Source: Candidatus Sysuiplasma jiujiangense
GTDB lineage: Archaea; Thermoplasmatota; Thermoplasmata; Sysuiplasmatales; Sysuiplasmataceae
Direction of reading: 5' to 3'
Assembly: GCA_019721075.1 (NCBI GenBank)
Contig: JAHEAD010000014.1
Coordinates: 404-64,403, forward strand
Length of the DNA stretch: 64,000 nucleotides
The notes beneath the pieces are model-generated. The model was not told where the DNA came from. It searched no databases and saw nothing but the letters and a program-made list of their open reading frames with translations. Within the stretch, counting starts at the first letter, position 1, and the number at the start of each line of letters is the position of its first letter. Positions 49,414 through 58,916 of the stretch are shown here, one piece after another. The position numbers were made by a program, and so were the translations under genes.

Positions 49414-50076
49414 TCAAATGTGTTTTCCCTTCCTGCCCAGATATTCGCGGAATATCTTCAGCTGCGTTTTGAAAGAGCCTGGCACGGATTGGCCATGCCC
49501 CCGGGCGGTGCATCGTCCTGCCGACAGCGCCTGAAGAATATCGGCAACCGGCAGTACGCCGCCATCGATCTCAGTATATGCTCTGCCCACCTCGTCCGGC
49601 GTATGGGCATCGCTGCCTCCCGTCCCGCCCATTCCATGTTCTTCAGCAAAGTTAGCAGCCGCCGCATTTATTGATTTGTGGTTTCTGCCGTTTACTGTTT
49701 CTATGCACGGGGGGTGAAGCCTCTCGAGAACGGATGTTCCGACGCCTGTCCCGAGCCTGAAGGGGTGGGAAGGTATTGTTACGCCGCCGAGTGCGGTCAC
49801 CCTTTCGATAGCCACCGCAATGGGCGTCCCCCGGGGGATATCCTCTTTGATGCCCAGGCAGAGGAGATGCCCTTCCTGAGTCGAAAGTTCATAACCCGGA
49901 ATAACGGCCATCCTTTGGTCCGCCAGTTTCATAGCGGAAATGGCGCCCTTTGCAGTATTGTGATCCGTGACGGCAATTGCGTCCATGCCTGAACGGATGG
50001 CAGCCGAAACAATGTGTCCCACATCCGAAGTGGAGTCGGGGCTGTACATTGAATGAATATGACAATCTATTTTCAT
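49414..50076 (-). CDS. PHP-domain metal-dependent phosphoesterase
   Basis: Motifs MKIDCHIHSMYSPDS, AVTDHN and GGSDAH. Confidence 0.8.
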   Translation of the reverse strand: MKIDCHIHSMYSPDSTSDVGHIVSAAIRSGMDAIAVTDHNTAKGAISAMKLADQRMAVIPGYELSTQEGHLLCLGIKEDIPRGTPIAVAIERVTALGGVTIPSHPFRLGTGVGTSVLERLHPPCIETVNGRNHKSINAAAANFAEEHGMGGTGGSDAHTPDEVGRAYTEIDGGVLPVADILQALSAGRCTARGHGQSVPGSFKTQLKIFREYLGRKGKHI

Positions 50077-52262
50077 TTTATTCTTGAACCCACGCCTATT
50101 TTATCGCCGTCAACGGTAATAAGCCTGCTTCCGCCACCGAGCGGGATGACTCTGCCGGACATTATCATCGCGGCAACCTCAATCGCGTCTTCGGAGCAGC
50201 CGGGCCCGATGGAAAATTCGTCGCCATGCTTGCAGGCTATCCTCAGATCCAGCGACCTGAACTCATCAATCGAGATTGTGCGCTCCGCGGCCGCGTCGTC
50301 TGAAACGCGGCCCAATGGAAGGTCTGCATACGGTTTGAGCAGTCTGACAGCATTTCCGTTCTCCGCTGCAAGCACCATTCCCTGCGATTCATAGCCACGC
50401 AGCCTGGCCGTTGCGAGATTTGCGAGTACAATGACCTTTCTGCCGATCAGTTCATTCTCGCTGTAATGTTCCCTGAGACCCGCTATGATCTGCCTCTTCT
50501 CTCCAATATCAACTTCGAGCAGATACAGTTTGTCTGCGGAAGGATGCTTCCTTACGGATGTTATCAAACCTATGCGAATGTCAAGCGGGACGGCAACCTT
50601 TGAGCTTCCGTCTTCCTGCTGCCCTTCATCCGCCAACTCCCTTATGTCTATCTTCCTGAATACGGGCGCTGGATCGTAAAGACTGAATGACACGGGTGTC
50701 GAATCAATTCTGTTCCATTTGATTTCCTCGGCGGGGGACAGGCCTAGGTATCCGAGTATCTTGCCGGACGAAAATGGAAGAAAGGGGTATGATATTATTG
50801 CTATCCGCCTGACAAGTTCAAGGTTGCTGAAAAGATCAGATTCGCATTTAGCCCTGTCGGCCTTCACGGAGAACCATGGAGCGCAATGATCAAAAAACTG
50901 ATTCCCCTTCTGGGCGAGATCCATGATTGATTTGAGAGCCTTCTTGAAATCGCAGCTGCCTATAAGCGATGAAACATCAGATGCTGTTTTCTCAGCTTCT
51001 TCCATCAGGGTTGCATCCGGGGTCGAGACGCCGGTCCTGTTCACACGCCGGAAATTTTTATACGAAAAGGACAGGACACGGTGATAGTAGTTGCCGAGAG
51101 TGGCAACGAGCTCGTTGTTTACCTTCGCAACAAGATCATCCAAACTGAATGCACTGTCCCTTGTCTCCGGCATAACAGTTGTCAGATAATACCGGAGATG
51201 TTCAGGAGACAATTTCCTTGCCAGCTCCCTTATTTCCGGGGCTCCGCCCCTGCTTTTTGAAAACTTGAGCCCGGAATCCCCCGGGGTGAGATATTCGTTT
51301 GCCACCACAAACGATGGCAGGACCAGGTTGCCCTTTGCAAGCAGCATTGCAGGCCATATGATCGTGTGGAAAGGTATGTTGTCCTTGCCCATGAAATAGT
51401 AGTGGACAGTGTCCGGATCCTCCCAGAAGAGCCTCCAGTCCATCTTCCCTCCTGAGAGCCTGGACAGTTCTATCGAAGCAGAAAGGTAACCGATTACCGC
51501 TTCCATCCATACATAAATGACTTTTCCCTCAAATCCCGGAAGGGGCACGGGTATTCCCCAGTCCAGATCTCTCGTTGCAGATCTGTCCTCCAGTCCCGAA
51601 TTAATCCAGTTAAGAGAGAAGTCCAGGACATTCTGCCTCCATCCCTTCTTGCCTGAAAGGTAAGAACGGAGCTGGTCGGAGAATTTAGAAAGCGCGAAAA
51701 AAAGCTGTGCTGACTCCCTCATTATGGTCGGATTCATGCAGATGGTGCATCGCGGTGAAATGAGGTCGCCTGGTTCGAATATTGTCTTGCATACTTCACA
51801 CTGATTCCCCTTCGCCTCCAGGTTGCCGCACTTCGGGCAGGTGCCGACAACAAATGTGTCCGCCAGGAATCGCCTGTCGGTTGAGCAGTAGTACTGCTCG
51901 GTTGTTCTTGGATAGAGATAGCCTTTGTTGTAGAGATCGAGGAAGAACGACTGTGCTACTTCAAAATGGTTTTCTGAGTGTGTCTTCGTGAAAATGTCGA
52001 ACTGAATTCCAAGCCACTCTATGGAATCCTTGTTTACTCTGTGATACTTCTCAGCGAGTGAGTCGGGCTTCACGCCCTCCTTGTCCGCACTGATGGAAAC
52101 GGCTGTACCATGCTGATCGCTTCCCGATACCATGATAACATCATGCCCGTTCATCCTCTGGAATCTTGAGAAAATGTCAGGGCCCAGCAGAGAGCCTGCC
52201 ACATGACCCACATGCAGAGCACCATTTGCGTATGGCCATGCAACGTTGACCTGTATTCTCAC
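50073..52262 (-). CDS. metG: Methionyl-tRNA synthetase with C-terminal tRNA-binding (Trbp111/EMAP-like) domain
   Basis: Motifs AWPYANGALHVGHVAG (HIGH), CPKCG...CEVC zinc knuckle, KFSKSRG (KMSKS), and C-terminal HPSADKLYLLEVDIG. The likely start is the GTG at 52262; the ORF track extends to a TTG at 52364. Confidence 0.9.
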   Translation of the reverse strand: MRIQVNVAWPYANGALHVGHVAGSLLGPDIFSRFQRMNGHDVIMVSGSDQHGTAVSISADKEGVKPDSLAEKYHRVNKDSIEWLGIQFDIFTKTHSENHFEVAQSFFLDLYNKGYLYPRTTEQYYCSTDRRFLADTFVVGTCPKCGNLEAKGNQCEVCKTIFEPGDLISPRCTICMNPTIMRESAQLFFALSKFSDQLRSYLSGKKGWRQNVLDFSLNWINSGLEDRSATRDLDWGIPVPLPGFEGKVIYVWMEAVIGYLSASIELSRLSGGKMDWRLFWEDPDTVHYYFMGKDNIPFHTIIWPAMLLAKGNLVLPSFVVANEYLTPGDSGLKFSKSRGGAPEIRELARKLSPEHLRYYLTTVMPETRDSAFSLDDLVAKVNNELVATLGNYYHRVLSFSYKNFRRVNRTGVSTPDATLMEEAEKTASDVSSLIGSCDFKKALKSIMDLAQKGNQFFDHCAPWFSVKADRAKCESDLFSNLELVRRIAIISYPFLPFSSGKILGYLGLSPAEEIKWNRIDSTPVSFSLYDPAPVFRKIDIRELADEGQQEDGSSKVAVPLDIRIGLITSVRKHPSADKLYLLEVDIGEKRQIIAGLREHYSENELIGRKVIVLANLATARLRGYESQGMVLAAENGNAVRLLKPYADLPLGRVSDDAAAERTISIDEFRSLDLRIACKHGDEFSIGPGCSEDAIEVAAMIMSGRVIPLGGGSRLITVDGDKIGVGSRIK

Positions 52263-52470
52263 TGTGACCGACCACCATGCCTGAATCCTGCCAATCGTGC
52301 AATATTCGCCTTCAGACGGCAGACTTAAAAGGGTTAGATCGAACCACTTATTAACTCTATCCAAGACACCGGCAGGTGCAACCGGTAAAACTGTGGTGCG
52401 GCAGGAGACGGGGAATAAGGTGCAATTGAATTAAATGTGTGCTAACATTCATATACATCTACTAACATAA

Positions 52471-52485
52471 TTAGGTATATACTAA
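52471..52485 (+). promoter_or_regulatory. Candidate DtxR/MntR-type operator overlapping the promoter of its own operon
   Basis: TTAGGTATATACTAA is a near-palindrome (TTA-G-GTATATAC-TAA) ending 15 nt before the regulator ATG. It resembles the TTAGG...CCTAA half-sites of DtxR boxes. Confidence 0.35.
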
Positions 52486-52500
52486 TAAAGGAGAGGCATA

Positions 52501-52926
52501 ATGGCAAAGAGAGAAATCAGAGGCAATGTGACCAAAAAGGAGAGAGACTGCCTGATCAAGGTAATGGAAATTTCGGATAATTCGTTTCCGGTTAGACTGT
52601 GCGAGATCGCGAAGGCGATGAACATCAAGCCTCCGTCTGCTCTTGAAATAGTCAACAGGCTTTCCGTGAAAGGAATGGTCAAGACGAAGGCAGGTATGAT
52701 ATTTCTGACTAAAAATGGCCTGGATGAATATGAACGAATCAAACTCAGTCACAGGGCGCTTGAAACGCTTTTGGTTCAGGGCGGAATATCAGCCGACAAA
52801 GCCTGCAGGGATATAGAGTTCTTTGATTACTTCCTTGACAGGAAAACAACGCTCGCAATTCTGAAGACCATCGGAAATCCGCCTTCCTGCCCGCATGGCT
52901 ATCCGATTAAGTCAGGAGTGCAGTGA
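52501..52926 (+). CDS. DtxR/MntR-family metal-dependent transcriptional regulator
   Basis: wHTH region VRLCEIAKAMNIKPPSALEIVNRLSVKGMV, then the helical metal-site/dimerisation region HRALETLL. Confidence 0.8.
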   Translation: MAKREIRGNVTKKERDCLIKVMEISDNSFPVRLCEIAKAMNIKPPSALEIVNRLSVKGMVKTKAGMIFLTKNGLDEYERIKLSHRALETLLVQGGISADKACRDIEFFDYFLDRKTTLAILKTIGNPPSCPHGYPIKSGVQ

Positions 52927-53915
52927 GGCTTTTTGACATGGTCGTGATAAATTTATGGAACCCGAGCAATGTAGATCTGGCATCGGCTCTCATCATTTCA
53001 TTCTTGCTCGGCCTAGTTCATGGAATTACGCCTGACGAACATACCTGGCCGATCACATTCTCGTATTCCGTTAACCAGCGCGGGTCGAAGGAGGGGGCAA
53101 GGGCCGGCATGATATTTGCATCCGGCTTCACCATTCAGAGGGCAGTAATGTCGGAGGTGGCCTACTTTGCGCTTGCGGGAATTTTCCTTACAGCGGTGTC
53201 TTTCGGCATTACATATATTTTTGTCGGAATCGCAATGGCTGCGGCAGGCGTCTATTTTGCCCGCAGGAAGGGGTATTTCCATGTACACATAATAGAAAGG
53301 AAACTGGAATCGCTGCTGAGGATACATGAAAGCGGAAGCGCAGACCAGAAAGGTGAGATGGAGCACACCTCGAATCCGCTCAGCAGCAGGGACGGCATAC
53401 TCAACAGCGAGCCGATACCTGCCAAGCTGGCATTTATCCATGGGCTGATTGCCGGTTTCGGTTTCGGCGCCTTTGCTCTTATTCTTTACCTCGTCATAGC
53501 ACCTTCCATGCCAAGCCCATGGTTCGGATTTTTGCCCGGACTTCTGTTTGGCCTTGGAACAATGGCGATGCAGCTGATGTTCGGCGCATTTTTTGTCTCA
53601 CTCACAAGAAGGGTGGGCAGACTGACAGAGATTGGAATTTCGTTTGTAACCAGCAGAATATCTATGAACGTATTGCTGTACGGAGGCATAGCATTCATAC
53701 TTTCCGGTTTCGCAATACTCTTCTATCCCTCGCTCATGGACATCGGATTCACCACGGGTATAAAGGTCCACAACCTGCACAATCTTGGCATCGGCTTCTT
53801 CCTCGTCCTCTTCAGCGTCGGAATAATAGGCATAATCTCATTCATTCTATCTGTCAGAAAGGCAAGAGAACTCGGTTTGGTTGTAAAGCGCGAGGGGATC
53901 GCGGAGACAACTTAA
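52923..53915 (+). CDS. Polytopic membrane protein, putative metal-ion transporter (NicO/DsbD_2-like), co-transcribed with the DtxR regulator
   Basis: The start overlaps the regulator stop. Contains an HGITPDEHTWPI motif and a His/Glu-rich central loop, with 6-8 TM segments in two halves. The family assignment is tentative. Confidence 0.5.
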   Translation: MRLFDMVVINLWNPSNVDLASALIISFLLGLVHGITPDEHTWPITFSYSVNQRGSKEGARAGMIFASGFTIQRAVMSEVAYFALAGIFLTAVSFGITYIFVGIAMAAAGVYFARRKGYFHVHIIERKLESLLRIHESGSADQKGEMEHTSNPLSSRDGILNSEPIPAKLAFIHGLIAGFGFGAFALILYLVIAPSMPSPWFGFLPGLLFGLGTMAMQLMFGAFFVSLTRRVGRLTEIGISFVTSRISMNVLLYGGIAFILSGFAILFYPSLMDIGFTTGIKVHNLHNLGIGFFLVLFSVGIIGIISFILSVRKARELGLVVKREGIAETT

Positions 53916-53949
53916 TGTGCAGGTGCATGTTAGCCGTTTCCGGTAACCA

Positions 53950-55719
53950 ATGAGAGTGGCGGTACTCCTTGAGGATCGATGCCAGTCGAAAAGATGCAAC
54001 CAGGAATGCATCTACTTCTGCCCGGTTGTCAGGGCAGGCACGAACTGCATCGAGATGGGGGAGAATGCGAAACCTGTCATTTACGAAGATCTCTGCATAG
54101 GCTGCGGCATATGCGTAAACAAGTGCCCGTTCGATGCGCTGAGAATAGAGGGTCTCCCGGACGAACTTGGCAACCGCCTTGTTCACCAGTACGGAATGAA
54201 TTCATTCAGGCTGTACGGACTGCCGCTGCCACAGGCCGGAAAGGTCATAGGCATTCTTGGCTCAAACGGCATCGGAAAGACAACCTCACTTTCCATACTT
54301 TCCGGAACAATTGTGCCGAATCTCGGGAAATACGGATCCGAGGCAGCGAAATCAGAGGTGACAGACTTTTACAGAGGAACCGGGCTGAAGGAGTATTTCG
54401 AGCATCTGTACAGCGGCAGGCTGAGGGTTGCCACCAAGCCACAGTATGTCGACAGCATACCCAGAGCATTCAATGGAGTCGTCAGGGATCTGCTGAAGAG
54501 GGTTGATGAAAGAGGAATGATGAGGGAGATGGTTTCCGAACTTCAGATTCAAAATGCGCTGGAAAGGAAACTGTCGGATCTTTCTGGCGGAGAGCTCCAG
54601 AAGGTGGCCGTTGCTGCTACGTTTCTGAAGGATGCGGAAGTGTACCTTTTCGATGAGCCCTCTTCCTATCTTGACGTAAGGGAAAGGCTGAGGCTTGCAG
54701 CACTGATCAGAAGGGAGAGCAAAGGCAGAAGGATCGTGGTAGTGGAACATGACCTTGCAATTTTCGATTTCATTTCGGACAATGTTTACATTTATTACGG
54801 AACATACGGTGCCTACGGTATCGTTTCGCATGAGCTCGGTGCGAGAAATGCCATCAACTCATACCTGGACGGAAAGATAAAGGAGGACAATATGAGGTTC
54901 AGGAATTATGCCCTCGATTTCCAGAAGAGGCAGCCGGAGAGAGGGAGCAGCCCTGTGGAAATACTTTCGTTCACAAATCTCTCCAGGCGATACGATTCCT
55001 TCAGCCTGGAGGTGGAAAGCGGCGATGTGAGGAAAGGAGAGGTTGTGGGAATTCTAGGACCGAACGGAACAGGCAAGACGACCTTCGTGAAGATGCTTGC
55101 CGGCGTTGAAAAGCCTGATGCAGGTTCAGTGGCAAGGAATGTTTCTGTCAGCTACAAGCCGCAGTACATAAGCGGGGACTCGGACGCCACTGTGGCTGAA
55201 CTGATCCATTCGCAGGCTGAGGAGAGATCGGGGCAGCAGTTCTACGTTGCAGAGGTTATAGAGCCGATGGAGCTTCGCTATCTTATGGACAAAACGGTAA
55301 GCAGTCTTTCGGGCGGGGAATTGCAGCGTGTGGCAATATCGCTGACCTTGCTGCGGGAAGCCGAGCTCTACCTTATAGACGAACCGTCCGCATATCTCGA
55401 TTCCGCCCAGAGGATGAATGCCTCCAAGGTGATCAGGAGGGTAATAGAGAACAGCAAGAAGTCAGCATTCGTTGTCGAACACGATGTTTACTTCATGGAT
55501 CTCGTCGCCGACAGGCTGATGGTATTTGAGGGGGAGTCGGGGGAGCGTGGTGTTGGCCATTCCCCTACTGACATGAGAAACGGGATGAACACCTTCCTTA
55601 GAACGGTGGGAATTACGTTCAGGAGGGATGGAAACACGGGCAGACCGAGGATCAACAAACTGGATTCCAGGCTGGACAGGGAGCAGAAGAACTCGAACAA
55701 TTATTACTATGAAGCATGA
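53950..55719 (+). CDS. ABCE1: ABCE1 / RNase L inhibitor homolog (ribosome recycling ATPase)
   Basis: N-terminal Fe-S domain (DRCQSKRCNQECIYFCP, CIGCGICVNKCP). Two ABC cassettes with Walker A GSNGIGKTT and GPNGTGKTT, and signatures LSGGELQ in each cassette. Confidence 0.95.
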   Translation: MRVAVLLEDRCQSKRCNQECIYFCPVVRAGTNCIEMGENAKPVIYEDLCIGCGICVNKCPFDALRIEGLPDELGNRLVHQYGMNSFRLYGLPLPQAGKVIGILGSNGIGKTTSLSILSGTIVPNLGKYGSEAAKSEVTDFYRGTGLKEYFEHLYSGRLRVATKPQYVDSIPRAFNGVVRDLLKRVDERGMMREMVSELQIQNALERKLSDLSGGELQKVAVAATFLKDAEVYLFDEPSSYLDVRERLRLAALIRRESKGRRIVVVEHDLAIFDFISDNVYIYYGTYGAYGIVSHELGARNAINSYLDGKIKEDNMRFRNYALDFQKRQPERGSSPVEILSFTNLSRRYDSFSLEVESGDVRKGEVVGILGPNGTGKTTFVKMLAGVEKPDAGSVARNVSVSYKPQYISGDSDATVAELIHSQAEERSGQQFYVAEVIEPMELRYLMDKTVSSLSGGELQRVAISLTLLREAELYLIDEPSAYLDSAQRMNASKVIRRVIENSKKSAFVVEHDVYFMDLVADRLMVFEGESGERGVGHSPTDMRNGMNTFLRTVGITFRRDGNTGRPRINKLDSRLDREQKNSNNYYYEA

Positions 55720-55722
55720 TCG

Positions 55723-56238
55723 TCAGTGCCTGAACGAGGGCAGCCTGAACCTGCCGTCCTCGGAGTATGCTGCATAACCGCTTGCAAAGTAGATGAGAGG
55801 AGGTTTTTCATTCAAATTCTCTATTTCCAGTACGTTGCCGAGTACCAGCCTGTGATCTGACGCCTCAACGATCCGTTCAACTGCAATTTCGATTGCTCCG
55901 AGACAGCCGTCTACAAGAGGCTGGCCGAAACGCCCGCTGTGTGTCCTGACAGAAGAGAATTTGAGTTCCTGGCTGTTTCTCCTTGAAAATATCTCTGAAA
56001 CGTGCTTCTGGTCATGTGCAAGAAATGAGATTCCTGCCCTCCCCACCTTCTCAACGAGTCTTGTTGTCTCGGCCTCGTTTTGAAGGGAGATAACGACGGA
56101 TGGAGGCTTGAGCGAGAGAGACAGGAGCGCATTCGCGGTCATCCCCGCTCTGGATTCACCGTCGCTTGCGGCGATGACAGCAACACCGGTGGGAAAGCTT
56201 GAGATCATTCGCCGGAAGGCCCGTTCATCTGCTGGCAT
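55723..56238 (-). CDS. Flavin reductase-like FMN-binding domain protein
   Basis: FRRMISSFPTGVAVIAA is typical of the flavin reductase domain family. Confidence 0.75.
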   Translation of the reverse strand: MPADERAFRRMISSFPTGVAVIAASDGESRAGMTANALLSLSLKPPSVVISLQNEAETTRLVEKVGRAGISFLAHDQKHVSEIFSRRNSQELKFSSVRTHSGRFGQPLVDGCLGAIEIAVERIVEASDHRLVLGNVLEIENLNEKPPLIYFASGYAAYSEDGRFRLPSFRH

Positions 56239-56245
56239 TCAAAAT

Positions 56246-56262
56246 GTCAAATTCAATTTGAC
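56246..56262. promoter_or_regulatory. Perfect 7-bp inverted repeat between the TATA box and the start codon of the flavin reductase gene
   Basis: GTCAAAT-TCA-ATTTGAC. On the minus strand TTTATAA (56263-56269) sits immediately upstream and the ATG is at 56238. Confidence 0.4.
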
Positions 56263-56297
56263 TTATAAACCTGCGCAGGAGGTGGTCGCCTGCCAAT

Positions 56298-56963
56298 TCA
56301 GTCCCCGGATTTGAACCTGGCGCGCCGCACTGCCCTGAGCAGGTACAAGACAAGAAGGACGCCGGCTGCAAGCACGACTGCTGCTGCAGTATCATTGAGA
56401 TAACCGAGTATAGTATAGACTGTTCCGAGATTTCTGCCTATTTCGTATCCGGCTGCGGCAAGGGCTGTAACAAAAATTACGGTTCCGGCAAATGTGAAGA
56501 GTAAGAAGCGCCTGTATTCCATGAGGGCTATCCCCGCAGGCAGCGAAATATAGGTACGCACGAGCGGAATAATCCTTCCAGCGAACACAGCAAGATCGCC
56601 GTGCCGTCTGAAGAATGCATCACCCCTCTCGATGTCTTCCCGTCTTATCAGAAGGTAATGGCCGTACTTCTCCACCGCCTTTCTTCCCCCGTATTTTCCA
56701 ATCAGCCAGCTTACGGTGGAGCCGACGAGCGATGCGACCGTCGCCACCACTATAACGGTCAGGAGGTTGAACCTGTCCATATAGCTCAGGACGCCGGCAA
56801 GAATCAGTACTGCTTCGCTAGCGGCCGGGATCATCATGCTGTCGAGCGTCATAAGATAGAAAATGCCCGCGTAACCTAGGGAAAGCAGCACGTCGAGGCT
56901 TACATTGAAAAGGAACGAAAGAACCGCCATTTTACACCCACCTACAATACGCCAGGTACTCAT
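56298..56963 (-). CDS. DedA-family membrane protein
   Basis: Motifs MIPAASEAVLILAG, GKYGGRKAVEKYG and RIIPLVRTYISLPAG are typical of DedA/SNARE-associated proteins. Confidence 0.8.
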   Translation of the reverse strand: MSTWRIVGGCKMAVLSFLFNVSLDVLLSLGYAGIFYLMTLDSMMIPAASEAVLILAGVLSYMDRFNLLTVIVVATVASLVGSTVSWLIGKYGGRKAVEKYGHYLLIRREDIERGDAFFRRHGDLAVFAGRIIPLVRTYISLPAGIALMEYRRFLLFTFAGTVIFVTALAAAGYEIGRNLGTVYTILGYLNDTAAAVVLAAGVLLVLYLLRAVRRARFKSGD

Positions 56964-56989
56964 GGTTCATTTCATCATACCGGAACAGC

Positions 56990-57976
56990 CTATCCTATCA
57001 GCTTCGAAACCGTTCCGCGGCCCGCTATCCTGAGAGAACCGGGTGGTTTCGCATTGAAGATCACTGCGTTCTCGTTCTCGAAGGCCAGCTCCTGGTCTGT
57101 CTCCACCTCGAGTCTTTCGCCAGCCTCTATTATCCTTGCCTGATTGCACTGCAGACCTGTATTTACATGAATGATCTTCCCGGGTGCGAGTTCCTCACGG
57201 TAGTACGGTTCCCTGGCGAACGATATACTCAGCGACCTGGCGGATTCAAAACGCATGTTGTCCGTCAGCACCGTGCCCCGCGGGAGCTGTGAAGGCGACA
57301 GTCCCTTGATAGCAATTCCCACCCTGCTTCCAGCGGCAGCCTCCTTGTGGTCTACGTCAAATATCTGGATAGATCTCACCGAGCCCTCCCTGCCGCCAGG
57401 CATGGCAATGAGCTTGTCATGAATCCTGACTGTGCCGTATTTCACCAGGCCTAGCGCAACCGTCCCGACTCCTTTGACTTCAAATGAATGGTCAACGTCG
57501 ATCCTCCAGTGTTCCGCGTCCGCTTTGCGCTGCGTCTCGAGATTGAGCAGAAATTCCCAAATTCTTTTTCCGGCATCCCCGCCGCTCACAACAGACCATC
57601 CCTGCACCCTGGAACCCATCAGTAACCTGACACGCTCGCCTGTCTGCTCATCGGCCACTATCAGCCCACTTAACCCGAAATTGCCGAGCGCAACGATTTC
57701 CTCGCCCAGCCTGGCGTCTACCGTGTCCGCAAAAATCACGGAAGCATCGGACATGTACAGCGACTGCAGCAGAGGTTGAATCTTTTCGGGATAAGTCTGC
57801 GGTATCACTATGCTTACAGCCAGATCCCCTTCCCTCTTGTCGTAGATAAGGAGGTCGCTCTCAGTTCCCTTCCTGGCTATCCCTGATGCAACCGAGGACA
57901 TCAATTCCACCGACGAACCGATAAACGAAACATTTGCAAACTTCATGACAGCATCGACCTCATTCAGGTTAGGCAC
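56990..57976 (-). CDS. EF-Tu/EF1A-like protein with a degenerate (P-loop-less) G domain and intact beta-barrel domains
   Basis: Domain II-like FEVKGVGTVALGLVKYGTVRIHDKL...GSRVGIAIKG. The N-terminal region has a G-domain-like layout but no GxxxxGK[ST] motif. Confidence 0.6.
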   Translation of the reverse strand: MPNLNEVDAVMKFANVSFIGSSVELMSSVASGIARKGTESDLLIYDKREGDLAVSIVIPQTYPEKIQPLLQSLYMSDASVIFADTVDARLGEEIVALGNFGLSGLIVADEQTGERVRLLMGSRVQGWSVVSGGDAGKRIWEFLLNLETQRKADAEHWRIDVDHSFEVKGVGTVALGLVKYGTVRIHDKLIAMPGGREGSVRSIQIFDVDHKEAAAGSRVGIAIKGLSPSQLPRGTVLTDNMRFESARSLSISFAREPYYREELAPGKIIHVNTGLQCNQARIIEAGERLEVETDQELAFENENAVIFNAKPPGSLRIAGRGTVSKLIG

Positions 57977-58098
57977 AGGGTCATATTCTCAATGCTTTAA
58001 AATTTCATCCCCCACCCTTGGTGCGAAATCGCCACAACTACCCGATACATATGGGTGCCCGTTCCGGAACAGTTTCCGGCACATCCGTCTGTACATTC

Positions 58099-58812
58099 TC
58101 AACTCTTCGGCTCGTTGCAGTTCGGACAGGAGTGCATGAATGCAGGGAAGGAGGCACCGCACTTCTTGCATTTGACCATGTCGGCATGGTGTTTCGGAGC
58201 CGCGGTTGCAGGCGGAATTGCATAAGGCTGCGATCCGGACTGCGGCTCCTGTGCCCTTGTCTTCTGCACGGCCGGGCGTTCAGAAGCACGGCCGGGCTGC
58301 TTCGTCTCCTGTGGCGCGGTCTCCGCCGTCTCCATTGCACTCTGGGGCATCTGGACACCGGTTGATCTCAGCTTGATTGCAGAAGCAATCAGGAAAACGC
58401 CCGGAAGGACCCCGAATAGTATGGAAAGTATCCCCCAGATTATGGCGCGCTCCTCTGCGGAGGAAAAGTGACCAGTGTCTATGTAGGCTGTGACATGCAG
58501 CTTTATAAATGCAACTTCGAGGATGCACACGAACACCACTGCTATCAGGTATACCGCAGACCATAGATAGGTCGTAGAATAGGAAGCCGCGCCAGGATTG
58601 ACTATTACATATCCGGGGGCGGAAAATTTGAAATAATAATAGAACGAGACGATCGAAAGCACGACAGCTGCGGGTATTTCAATCAGTGCCACTATCTGTG
58701 CCCAGAAGGCATGATTTCTTGCATCACGGGCAGCAGGCGGCAGCCACGGGGGCGTTTCCTCCGACGTGAAAAAGTTGATCTGGGTCAAACCGGTTCCTTC
58801 CGTCAGCCGCAA
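58099..58812 (-). CDS. Membrane protein with C-terminal zinc ribbon
   Basis: Four hydrophobic helices, a low-complexity linker, and C-terminal CKKCGASFPAFMHSCPNC. The start codon is uncertain (TTG at 58812). Confidence 0.5.
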   Translation of the reverse strand: MRLTEGTGLTQINFFTSEETPPWLPPAARDARNHAFWAQIVALIEIPAAVVLSIVSFYYYFKFSAPGYVIVNPGAASYSTTYLWSAVYLIAVVFVCILEVAFIKLHVTAYIDTGHFSSAEERAIIWGILSILFGVLPGVFLIASAIKLRSTGVQMPQSAMETAETAPQETKQPGRASERPAVQKTRAQEPQSGSQPYAIPPATAAPKHHADMVKCKKCGASFPAFMHSCPNCNEPKS

Positions 58813-58916
58813 AAGAACTGACTGTTGACCGATTAGAGAATCGATATTTATTACTATCTAGTTGTGCTGTATGGGGAAGACGGACAGGGCAGCGACTGAT
58901 TTATGAAGGTGCACAA

